A stretch of 64,000 nucleotides of DNA, from positions 2,604,001-2,668,000 of the forward strand of contig CAKKNE010000005.1 of the NCBI GenBank assembly GCA_918797485.1. Reading direction: 5' to 3'. The notes under the pieces were generated by a model that saw only the letters and a program-made list of their open reading frames with translations, had not been told where the DNA came from and did no database searches. Shown here piece by piece: positions 1-8,645 of the stretch; position 1 is the stretch's first letter, and each line of letters opens with the position of its first letter. Source of the DNA: Pelagomonas calceolata (lineage: Eukaryota). A program made the translations under genes and the position numbers.

Positions 1-108
1 GCGGCAGGTGCGGTGGAGCTCGCCGTCCGTCGCGTCGCTGTCGGACTTCGATTCTTCGCCCGAGCTGATTATCGGTCCAGCACTGCTTTGTTGTACGTTT
101 TTCGCCAT
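1..108 (-). CDS. 5' end of a gene running off the window (MAKNVQQSSAGPIISSGEESKSDSDATDGELHRTCR...)
   Basis: ATG at 108 on the minus strand, open to the window edge; a motif copy lies 200 bp upstream. Confidence 0.5.
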   Translation of the reverse strand, partial: MAKNVQQSSAGPIISSGEESKSDSDATDGELHRTCR

Positions 109-307
109 GCCGGTGCGCGTCGGCGGCGTTGATGCTAAGCGATGCAGTCAGGCCCCAAGGTGCAGTGAGGTTCAGGTGCACGACGATTAGAGTTTCGTGC
201 ACATGCTTCAAAGCACGCGTCGTGGCATCAAAAAGCAGTCTCTGGCCTAATTTCCTGGCGTGTAGCTGCAACGCGGAGGCGTTTTGAGGCACACGCTTCA
301 CGCGCTT

Positions 308-330
308 CTAGTGACTTACAGACCGCTAGC
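308..330. promoter_or_regulatory. CTAG-bounded intergenic motif
   Basis: CTAGTGACTTACAGACCGCTAGC. Confidence 0.7.
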
Positions 331-440
331 AAATCGGCAGCGCGCCAGGGTTCAACGCGCGGAGGACGGAGGTGTGGCAGCTCACCGGAGCGCATAAAGC
401 CACGTCGACAAAACAACAGGCGTCAAAATTCCACAAGAAG

Positions 441-2792
441 TTAAAACCCCCCGACCGCGTCCGCGAAGCCGGCCGGCGCCCACGTCGCCAGGGCCCAGGC
501 GCCGTCGGCCGCGCCGCTCTTCGCCGCCTCGAGCTCGGCGGCCACGGCCTCGAGCTCGTCGGCCTCCAGCGCCACGTCGAGCAACGTGCTCGCGGGCGCC
601 ACGTCCCGGCGGAAGGAGCACGAGAGCGTGGACGCGAGCGCGACGACGGAACCTGGTGCCGCGGCGCCCAGCGCCGCCGCGTGGCCGCCCGTCGCCAGCA
701 CGCGCACGCCGAGCGACTGAGGACCGGAAACTAACCGAAACGCCGTCGCGTTCGACGCCGAGGCCTCCCGCGCGAGCAGGGACGCGACGAACGCAGTAGC
801 TGACGCATCATCATCCAAAAGCCGGTGGCGGTACAACGCCGCGTCGGCGCCGCCGAAAACATACCCAACATGAGTACCACACGCCTGGCACGCCAGCCGC
901 CGCGCCAGCCGCCCGCCGCACTGCTGGTGGCAGCCCCGCGGCGCCTCGAGCGTCTTCGCGCCGATTTTTAGGAGCGACGTGTCCGCGCCGCAGAGCCGGA
1001 TCGAGCAGCGCCCGACGAAGCGTTCTCCATCAATAGGTACGGTCGCCGCGCTCTGCAGGACGGGCTGGGCCGTGTCGCAGGACAGCGCCGCGGCGACCTC
1101 GTCGGGCTCGAGGTCGCCGTCGCGGACGCGCGCGGTCGCCTCGCGGCGCGGGGCTAGTGGCGCGGAGCAGGCCCTACAGGCCGGTGCCGCCGGCGGTTCT
1201 GTAATTGTGCCGTGGTCCTCAAAAATAACCGTGGCGGCCTCGGCGTCGCGCGCGCCGGGGGCGAGCCGTCTCAATCTAGAATACGGCAGGCGCACGCGTA
1301 GGAATTTCGCGCCGTCCTGTTTGACCTTGGACGCCTGACATTTGTTTGGTTCCAACTGCGCGGGCAGGCGCAGCGTCTCGCGCGTGGTCGGCGAGGCGAG
1401 CTCGACGCGGTCGCCGTCCACGCTCAGCTCGCCGCGGCCGTCGGGCAGCGTGAGCACGAAGGTCCGGATGCCGGGCAGGTGCTCGACGCGGCCGCCGGCG
1501 AAGGTATAGGGCTCTTTGGTTTTTGTTGTTGTCGGCGCGGCGGCCGGCGCGGGCGGCGTCGGTGGGTCGGCCGGCTTCGGCGGCGTTGGCGGAGGCACAG
1601 GCGCGGCGACAGGCGGCGCCGCGGGCGGCGCGGCGCGGGCCAGGGCCTGGCGGGTCGCTTTGGAAGCGAAGCCGCCGACGGCCGCCGCGGCCTTCGGGGG
1701 AGGCGGCGGCGCGACGGTGGCCGACGCGGCAGCTGGAGGCGCCTTCGGGGCCGCGGGCGGCGGCGGCGCGGCGGAAATGGACGGCGCGGCCCAGACGGCC
1801 GCTTCCTTCGCGGCCCAGTCGACGCGGACGACGCGCGGCGCCTCGCAGAGCATCGTACCGGCCCGCGTCTCGAGGCGGCAGCTCAGGACCGTCGGGGAGG
1901 GACACGTCGACCGCGTCGCCGCGCGCTTGTCGCCCTGGCGCCTGTAGTGCGCGCAGGCAGCCGTGGCCTCGGAGAGCGATATTTTGAGGTCCTCTTCCAC
2001 GTACTCCGACGCGAGCGGCTCCTCGTCCAGAAACGCCGCGTCCCGCAGCGTGACCACGAACCCCGCGTCCTCGTCCGGGAGCGGGTCGAGCGATATGGTC
2101 AGAGCGACCTCGCGGCCCGCGAACCTTGTTGAGGTGACGTCGATCGTGCCGTCATACGAAACCTCCTTTTCAGGTTGCACGGAAGGCGCGTCCGGGGCGA
2201 GCCCCGCCTGCAGCTGCTCGGGGTCGATGGCCGCCGTCGCCGCCTTGCACTTCTCGCCCAGTTCTTTAGCTCGGCGCTGGGCCGCCTCGACGTCACTACT
2301 GCGTTTCGAGACGCTCTCGGCCGCTTCCATAGCTTTGGCCCGCGCGTCGGCCGCCTCGCGCTGCGCCGCCTCGAGCTCGGCCCGGGCCTCGGCGATGGCG
2401 CGGCGCGCGGCGGTCTCGCGCTGCGACGCCTTCTTCGTCGACACCTTGGCCGTCATTTGGAGCTGGCGCCGGAGCTTGTCCATCTCCTTCTCCGCGGCTC
2501 GGGCAGCACTCAACGCCTCGGCCGCGGAGAGCGACGACACGTGGGCGCCGAGCTCGCGTTCCAAATCGCGGACGGCCTTCGGGTCCGGCGGCGGCGCGCG
2601 GCCCCTCCTCAATGTTTCGGGCGCGGCGAGCGCCTGGCGCTCAACGTCGGAGTCGTCGCTGTCGACGTCGAAGCGCGAGTAGTCGAGGCCGTACTTTTTG
2701 GGCACGGGCTGCTTCGGCGCGGCCGGCGGCACGAAGAGGTTCGTCGTTTTTTGTTGGCGGTGCTTGCCTTTTAGCTTTTTGTTGTTGACCAT
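441..2792 (-). CDS. Coiled-coil/Pro-rich protein with C-terminal UBE3D/HECT_2-like Cys domain (putative E3 ligase)
   Basis: 783 aa ORF; C-terminal CRACSAPL...LACQACGTHVG...LYRHRL pattern resembles UBE3D; N-terminal DYSRFDVDSDD motif. Confidence 0.55.
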   Translation of the reverse strand: MVNNKKLKGKHRQQKTTNLFVPPAAPKQPVPKKYGLDYSRFDVDSDDSDVERQALAAPETLRRGRAPPPDPKAVRDLERELGAHVSSLSAAEALSAARAAEKEMDKLRRQLQMTAKVSTKKASQRETAARRAIAEARAELEAAQREAADARAKAMEAAESVSKRSSDVEAAQRRAKELGEKCKAATAAIDPEQLQAGLAPDAPSVQPEKEVSYDGTIDVTSTRFAGREVALTISLDPLPDEDAGFVVTLRDAAFLDEEPLASEYVEEDLKISLSEATAACAHYRRQGDKRAATRSTCPSPTVLSCRLETRAGTMLCEAPRVVRVDWAAKEAAVWAAPSISAAPPPPAAPKAPPAAASATVAPPPPPKAAAAVGGFASKATRQALARAAPPAAPPVAAPVPPPTPPKPADPPTPPAPAAAPTTTKTKEPYTFAGGRVEHLPGIRTFVLTLPDGRGELSVDGDRVELASPTTRETLRLPAQLEPNKCQASKVKQDGAKFLRVRLPYSRLRRLAPGARDAEAATVIFEDHGTITEPPAAPACRACSAPLAPRREATARVRDGDLEPDEVAAALSCDTAQPVLQSAATVPIDGERFVGRCSIRLCGADTSLLKIGAKTLEAPRGCHQQCGGRLARRLACQACGTHVGYVFGGADAALYRHRLLDDDASATAFVASLLAREASASNATAFRLVSGPQSLGVRVLATGGHAAALGAAAPGSVVALASTLSCSFRRDVAPASTLLDVALEADELEAVAAELEAAKSGAADGAWALATWAPAGFADAVGGF

Positions 2793-2995
2793 GGCTGCCG
2801 CTTATCGGCTGCTGCCGCTTTGCCGCTGTCCAAGGCTATCTCCCCAGGCCTTGGCAGAGCTCGATCTAAGGGTTTCCGGGGCGCAGGGCTCAGCGCTCCG
2901 TGTGTAACTATTGTATTCAAAGCTGGTGCTGATCCAGCGCGCAAACAACGCCGATCAGCCGCCTCGGCTGCTGTTTTTTTTTTCTTTTTAGCTTG

Positions 2996-3014
2996 CTAGT
3001 GCCTTAACGCTAGC
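2996..3014. promoter_or_regulatory. CTAG-bounded intergenic motif (short variant)
   Basis: CTAGTGCCTTAACGCTAGC. Confidence 0.6.
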
Positions 3015-3026
3015 TAGTTCCGTGCA

Positions 3027-6000
3027 AATAACTCTCCCGCGCTCCGCGCGCACACGCTGCCCTTGGCCTTCTTGTGAGCTAAGTCGGGCAGCAATCCAGT
3101 TCAGAAGAGATGACGTCGCTTGCGCTGCAACGCGTTTTTGTGATCGAGATGCCTGTAGCTGGATTCTGCTGATCTGTGCTCCGCGTGCAAAATGAAGCGC
3201 GGTGCGGTCGCGGTCGACTCCGACGCGTCGGACTCGTCGCCTGCGGCAGACGAGGAACCGGGGGCAGCGGTGGCTGCCCCGCGGGCGCCGAGCGTAGACG
3301 GGGTGCCGGACGCGAGGACGGCGGGGGCGAAGAAGCCGCCGGCGCGAGGGCGTCCGCGTCAACGCGCGAGGCGAGACAAGGAAGGTGTGATGGAGGACCC
3401 GGACGGCACGGAGTGCGATGCTCCGAGGCAGCCGAAGGCAGATGCCTTGCGGGCCCTCTGCCGTGAGGCCCGCTCCACACGAGCACCGCCGCCGCCACCG
3501 GCGAGTCGGAGCCGAAGTGGACGGTCGCAGTCGCCGCCGCCGCGGCGGGCGCGTCGCGAGCGGCCCGTCGACTCGGGTCAGGCGTCGACGCCGGCCACGG
3601 CGCCGCCCAGACCGGCGCCTCTAGATACAAGACGAGCGGCCGAAGACGTGGGAGCTGTACGGCCGCCATCAGATCCGGCGCGGGGCCGGGATCCGACGCC
3701 TCGCGCTCTCCCGAGTGGTGGTATTGCCGAGTTCCGCGTCCCGGAGCAGAACGCCGCCGCCGCGAGTTGGGTACCCCAACACCCTAAACGTTTCAGCAGG
3801 GCGTCGCCGAGGCGCTCGCCTCGCGGACATCCCAGCTCGCCGCCCGCGGCGCCGCGGAAGAAGAAGCGGAGCGCGGAGAACACGGGGCCGGAGCGTACGC
3901 GCAGTCGGGCGCGATCCCGTCGATCGGCGGCTCCATCGCCGACTGGTAGGGGATTGATGGCCGCTTTTGTCCAAGGGAATAGTCTGCGGTGCCTCGAGCC
4001 TCGAGAGGGTGACCCCGAGCCCGCCGCGGGCGACGCCGCGGCCGCGCCGCCGCCGGCCGCTGACGCGACGGAGACGGCGCCCCCGCCGGTCGTGGGCGCG
4101 GCAGACGATCCCCCCGACGACGCCGATGAGCGGGCGCGGCGGGCGGGTCTCTTACTCGAGACGCCCGAGGAGCGTGCCGCGGCCGCCCGTCGGTCGCGCT
4201 CGCCGAGACGCGCGGCCGGCGCGGACAACGGGGTCCACGAGGTCGACGGCGACGACGCGAGCGACGCGGGCAGGTCGGTGGGTTCGGTCGAGTACAACGC
4301 GCACGCCGTCGACCGCCTGGACCGGCTCTTAGCGGGCCAGGAGTTCGACGACGAAGACGGATCGTGGCGCGTGAAACGGGTCATGTTCGACGCGGAATTC
4401 GAGGTTCCAGTGGCGCTCTACTACCGCGCGACGCTCGACGAGGTACCCGCCGATGGCGTGTGCGAATCCTCCGCCGCGTCCGAGGTGCGGGGCTTGGTAC
4501 GAAACACGACGCGCGTCCGGAGAGAAGACGCGCGGCGGGCGGCTCTGGAGATGTCGAAGGCCGAGCGTTTGGAGGCGAGGGCGCTCCCGAAATTGCCGGC
4601 CATTAGGGTGCCGGCGGCGAGCGAACAATTCACGGCCATCGACGGCGTCGACTCGATGGACATCTTCGTCTGTAAGCTTCACGGCATCGCGAGCGTGCCG
4701 AGGTCTCTGGTTAGCCGGTGGGCTCGCGCGATGGCGAAGACGCTTCGCTGGGTGATCGACGCGGAGGACGCCGGCGACGACGACCGGCTCAGGCGCGCTT
4801 TGCTCTGGCGTAAGGGTCTCGCTCAATTCCTGCTACGGCGCGTTAAAGGGGGTGGGGCGCGCAAGCGGAATCGCCGCCACGCCGTGTTCCACCGCCGTTT
4901 TTTGATGTTCGAGAACGGGGCCTACGCGGCGCTACTCGCGTCGTGGGCCTCGGACCTCGAGGCCGCCAAGCGGCGCGGCCCGGGGTCGCACAGGGTCCAG
5001 GACGACGCGGCGAAGGTCAAACGGGCCGAAGAGCTCGTGCGGGCCGGCGAACTATCGAAGGCGAACAGCGCGCTGTTGAGCGAGGGGACGCTGGACCCGA
5101 GAAACCCTGCGGTTTATAGGAAACTTAAGGAAAAGCACCCGACGAGGAAGGCGGACGTCGACTTCGACCTCGAGAAGGACTTCCGGCTCGCCGACGAGCT
5201 GCGACCCGATGTGAAGTTCGCGAAGCTGCGGCGCAAGGCCGGCGTCGGGCCAGACGGTTGGAAGAACGAGTACCTGAGCGTGCTCGACCGCGCGCACGAC
5301 GATCCTGACGCGAAGCCGGTTATGGAATTGTGGAAGGAGTTCGCGCGGCTCGAGTCGAACGGCCTTTTCCCGGCCTGGTGGTACTACGGGCAGACGGCCG
5401 TCCGCCTCGTCGCGCTGAACAAAGGAAACGGCGACCCGCGGCCGATTTGCGTGGGAAATAGCGACCGACGCGCTGTCGCCAAGGCCATCGTCGCGGAGGT
5501 TAAGGAAGCCGCGGCGGAGGCGTTGGCCCCCGTGCAGATGGGCGTGGGAGTGAAGGACGGCGCCGCGAAGCTCACCTTCTCTCTGCGCGCGAGCCTCGAG
5601 CTCCACCCCGACTGGGTGTTAATTTTAGTAGATAAGAAGAACGCGTTCAACGAGATCCATCGAGCGGCGTGCATCCGCGCGTTGGCGGCGACGCCTGGCT
5701 TCAAGGGTATCGCGCGCTACGCGTACTTGCACCTCGCGCCGAAGTCGCCCATCGTGATCGGACAGGGGGAGATAGCCGATTTTGCCTCGGAGGAGGGCGG
5801 CCAACAAGGCGACGGCGTCTTCCCGTTGGCGTACTCGGTGGGCTCGTACGCGTCCTGCAAGGCGCTCGATGCGGACGCCGCCGCCGAGGGCGGCATGGCA
5901 CGCTTTTTCTTCGACGATGGTTATATCCACGCGCCGGCCGAAGTCGCCTTTGACATCCTCGCGAAGTACGAGAACGCGATCCTGGTCGACGGCGAAGTCC

Positions 6001-6864
6001 CCCAACGAAGGAAGTGCGAGGTTTATAGTCCGACGTGGGGCGCCGGCCTCGGATGCGCGCCGGAGGTCGCGTCGAGGAAGGTTGCGACCTTCCGCGACGC
6101 CGCGTCGCAGGAAGAGGTGCCCGTCGACACGGACGACGAGGAGTGGGATAATGCCCCCGTCGCTCGCCGGGTGGCCGAGGCGGCGCCGTGGGATGAGGCG
6201 CGGATAGCCGCGGAATATGCCGTGGAGCGCGCCAGAGCCGCCGTGGCGACGAGGGCCGAGCGCGGTAACGCGCCGGTTGATAGGCGCGCCCGTCTCGTGA
6301 ACGGGCAGTACCTGAAAAAGGCCCACAACCTGGATGTGAAGTACAACTCGGTCGGGGGCGTCGAGTGTGGTCCGATGGAGAACACCATTAGGAGCCGCGG
6401 CGAGGTTTGTGGTCTCGCGTTCGGCAGCGCCGGCGAGGCGTCCGCGGACGTCCATCGCCTCGCACGCGTCTGCGCCGACGAGATCGCCGGCAAGCAGTTC
6501 CGAAAGGGCCTGATCGACGCTGATTCGGTCGAGGACGCGGCGGCCATGATTCAGGCCCAGATCTACCGGGAGTGGGGCGTGGCGATTGTCAAGGGTCGGG
6601 CCGAGTGTCTACTGGCTTTGTTGGAATGTACGGTACCGAACGCGTCGCCGCGGTCCAAGGTCGCCTGCGGGAAGTCGCGGGACAAGTTGATTGAACGGGC
6701 GAACGTTGCACATTGTTCGGGGGGGTTTGCCGAGGCGGTTCAGCTTAGAAGGAGGTACGCTGTTATGAAAGAAGCGGCCCGCGCCCGCCGCCGATGAATC
6801 GGCGACGCGCGGTGTCTCCCCCCCAGGGGCTCCGCCCACTAGTCCTAGCACCGTAACATCGACT
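3027..6864 (+). mobile_element. CRE-clade-like non-LTR retrotransposon (boundaries tentative)
   Basis: Single RT ORF flanked by GTTCCGTGCA at 3017-3026 and 6865-6874 (candidate TSD); no poly(A) tail seen. Confidence 0.55.
3192..6797 (+). CDS. Reverse transcriptase ORF of a CRE-like non-LTR retroelement, apparently internally deleted
   Basis: RT motifs RPICVG, QMGVG, DKKNAFN, GGQQGDG, FFDD; C-terminal GLAFGSAGEAS.DVH resembling the tail of an RLE endonuclease region. Confidence 0.85.
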   Translation: MKRGAVAVDSDASDSSPAADEEPGAAVAAPRAPSVDGVPDARTAGAKKPPARGRPRQRARRDKEGVMEDPDGTECDAPRQPKADALRALCREARSTRAPPPPPASRSRSGRSQSPPPRRARRERPVDSGQASTPATAPPRPAPLDTRRAAEDVGAVRPPSDPARGRDPTPRALPSGGIAEFRVPEQNAAAASWVPQHPKRFSRASPRRSPRGHPSSPPAAPRKKKRSAENTGPERTRSRARSRRSAAPSPTGRGLMAAFVQGNSLRCLEPREGDPEPAAGDAAAAPPPAADATETAPPPVVGAADDPPDDADERARRAGLLLETPEERAAAARRSRSPRRAAGADNGVHEVDGDDASDAGRSVGSVEYNAHAVDRLDRLLAGQEFDDEDGSWRVKRVMFDAEFEVPVALYYRATLDEVPADGVCESSAASEVRGLVRNTTRVRREDARRAALEMSKAERLEARALPKLPAIRVPAASEQFTAIDGVDSMDIFVCKLHGIASVPRSLVSRWARAMAKTLRWVIDAEDAGDDDRLRRALLWRKGLAQFLLRRVKGGGARKRNRRHAVFHRRFLMFENGAYAALLASWASDLEAAKRRGPGSHRVQDDAAKVKRAEELVRAGELSKANSALLSEGTLDPRNPAVYRKLKEKHPTRKADVDFDLEKDFRLADELRPDVKFAKLRRKAGVGPDGWKNEYLSVLDRAHDDPDAKPVMELWKEFARLESNGLFPAWWYYGQTAVRLVALNKGNGDPRPICVGNSDRRAVAKAIVAEVKEAAAEALAPVQMGVGVKDGAAKLTFSLRASLELHPDWVLILVDKKNAFNEIHRAACIRALAATPGFKGIARYAYLHLAPKSPIVIGQGEIADFASEEGGQQGDGVFPLAYSVGSYASCKALDADAAAEGGMARFFFDDGYIHAPAEVAFDILAKYENAILVDGEVPQRRKCEVYSPTWGAGLGCAPEVASRKVATFRDAASQEEVPVDTDDEEWDNAPVARRVAEAAPWDEARIAAEYAVERARAAVATRAERGNAPVDRRARLVNGQYLKKAHNLDVKYNSVGGVECGPMENTIRSRGEVCGLAFGSAGEASADVHRLARVCADEIAGKQFRKGLIDADSVEDAAAMIQAQIYREWGVAIVKGRAECLLALLECTVPNASPRSKVACGKSRDKLIERANVAHCSGGFAEAVQLRRRYAVMKEAARARRR

Positions 6865-6869
6865 GTTCC

Positions 6870-6980
6870 GTGCAGAACCTCTCGCTCTGGAAGACCTACG
6901 CCGCCAAGCGGGCGGCGACGTGCTCCCGCGAGGACGACCCTGAGAAGGCGCGGCGCAACCTCGTCCTGGACCACGACTAG
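6870..6980 (+). pseudogene. Short PARP-catalytic-domain-like fragment (VQNLSLWKTYAAKRAATCSRE...)
   Basis: Matches the R-V/I-QN-xx-LW-xx-Y-xx-KR motif of PARP catalytic domains; no start codon, stop at 6978-6980. Confidence 0.4.
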
Positions 6981-7013
6981 TCCCTTCTCTTTTTCTAAAA
7001 ACAAACTTACGAA

Positions 7014-8123
7014 TTACGCGAAGAAGTGCTGGATGACGACGTCCACCGGCAACCGGCAGACCGGACACGAATCACCTCTAGCTTGCAGCGCCCGCGCACA
7101 GAGCAAACAGCACGCGATGTGGCCCGTCTCGCCGTGGACGAAGGTGGCATTCCGCGCATCTGTTAAACAGACGACGCACAACGACTCGTTGCCCACCGCC
7201 AGGTCGACCTCGGGGCCCGTCAGCGCCGGCCGTGGCGGTCGCCGCGGCGGTGCTGGTGGTGCCGGTGGCGGCAGCGGCGGCGCGACGCGCGGCTCCGACA
7301 CGCCCACGAGTTCCACAACTTCGAGGTCCCGCGGCGGTTCCCTATTGAGTCGTTGCGAGATCCAGCCCCTTGCTGGACCTTCCACTCGCAATCTAGGTAC
7401 GCAATGTAAAGCGGGATGATCGGAATACTGCTTGGCAGTGACCTCGACGGTCCGTCCACAGGGGATCACCGAGACGATGGCCGAAGACAGCTCCACCGTC
7501 TCTCGGACGACGGCGCCGTCCCTCAAAACAACTCGAAAGGTTAATGGAGCAGCAACAGGCAAGGGCTCCGCTACCGGTCCTCTCTGCCCGCTCAGCGGGT
7601 TCAGATCCTCCGAGATCCAGCCGTCGTCCGTCCGGAGCCTTGCTAGACCTTGTTCATTGACTCGTCTCTCTCTCACCTCAAACACGGCGTCCTTCGGTAA
7701 GGTAAAGGCATGGGTGGACGCTAACTCCAAGCCTCTTCTCACGTAGGCCCCATCCCGACACACGACAACATATCTCCACGCATGTCCTACATCTCGAGCT
7801 CGCCCGACGCAGCACTGGCTTGCTGAACACCAGCCCGGCGTCGGCGTCAATACGCGCAACGCCTTGAGTCCTAATGATTGTTTTCTGGCTAGTCTAGCTC
7901 TAGGTGACGAGTCGTGCCTGAGCGACTCGTCCGGCAACGACGAGGCCTGGTCGACCTCTATCGAATCACCTCTTCGCAGCGTGCAGAGCACGCGGCTGTC
8001 CTCCTCCTTCGAGGCTCGCACTTCCAATCGTTCCGACACGACGTGCCAGGCGTGGCCTTGGACGGGCGGGCGCGGCGGCTGCGCGAAGGGCTGTCTTGCT
8101 GTTCCCGAGAGGACGGAGAGCAT
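7014..8123 (-). CDS. SH3b-like repeat protein with Mdm2-type C-terminal RING finger
   Basis: CVVC...HGETGHIACCLLC...CPVCR; three repeats of 'VR...L..G..VEV...R.R...GWIS'; likely ATG at 8123. Confidence 0.75.
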   Translation of the reverse strand: MLSVLSGTARQPFAQPPRPPVQGHAWHVVSERLEVRASKEEDSRVLCTLRRGDSIEVDQASSLPDESLRHDSSPRARLARKQSLGLKALRVLTPTPGWCSASQCCVGRARDVGHAWRYVVVCRDGAYVRRGLELASTHAFTLPKDAVFEVRERRVNEQGLARLRTDDGWISEDLNPLSGQRGPVAEPLPVAAPLTFRVVLRDGAVVRETVELSSAIVSVIPCGRTVEVTAKQYSDHPALHCVPRLRVEGPARGWISQRLNREPPRDLEVVELVGVSEPRVAPPLPPPAPPAPPRRPPRPALTGPEVDLAVGNESLCVVCLTDARNATFVHGETGHIACCLLCARALQARGDSCPVCRLPVDVVIQHFFA

Positions 8124-8645
8124 CGTTGTTCTGTCGTCGCGGCGGCGGCGGCGACTGGTGCTGTGGAGAGCTTTTTTTGTGTGGGAGGCTGTGGCTCTGT
8201 GGTTCCGCGAACGTTGTTGGCTCGTTGCCGGTTGTTGAGAGGAGTTGTAAAACGACCGACAAGGGGTGAAACGCCTTGTCCTGTGCTCCCGCGGGCGACA
8301 AATGCGCTGTGCTGCCGCACTCAGCAGGCCTCGGTCGACTGCCGCGTTGCGCCGCACTCGTCCGTTTCCCGTCGTCTCGCGGAGCGATCAGACCAGAAAA
8401 AGCAAACAAAGGCCGGGCCCTATCGTGCGGGTCGACAAGCTGCATCAAGCTGCAGAGATTGAGGTGGCCAAAGACCGGCTGTGCTCCGCACCTGCGCTCA
8501 TTCGCGTCGCGCAGACAAGCATTTCTGATTAGTTGGTGCCCTGCCTTCACGCGAGGCAACGACTTTTGCTACGCGCACCACAGCGAGCAAGATCACGCAC
8601 AGCTGTGGTGAGAGCAGCACCAGACCGCGACGCGCAACAGCAGCC

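Noticed and set aside
3192..6797. RT as a retron, group II intron or DGR-type defence system
   Set aside because: The motif set and C-terminal tail fit eukaryotic CRE-like non-LTR elements; no associated ncRNA or template/variable repeat pair seen
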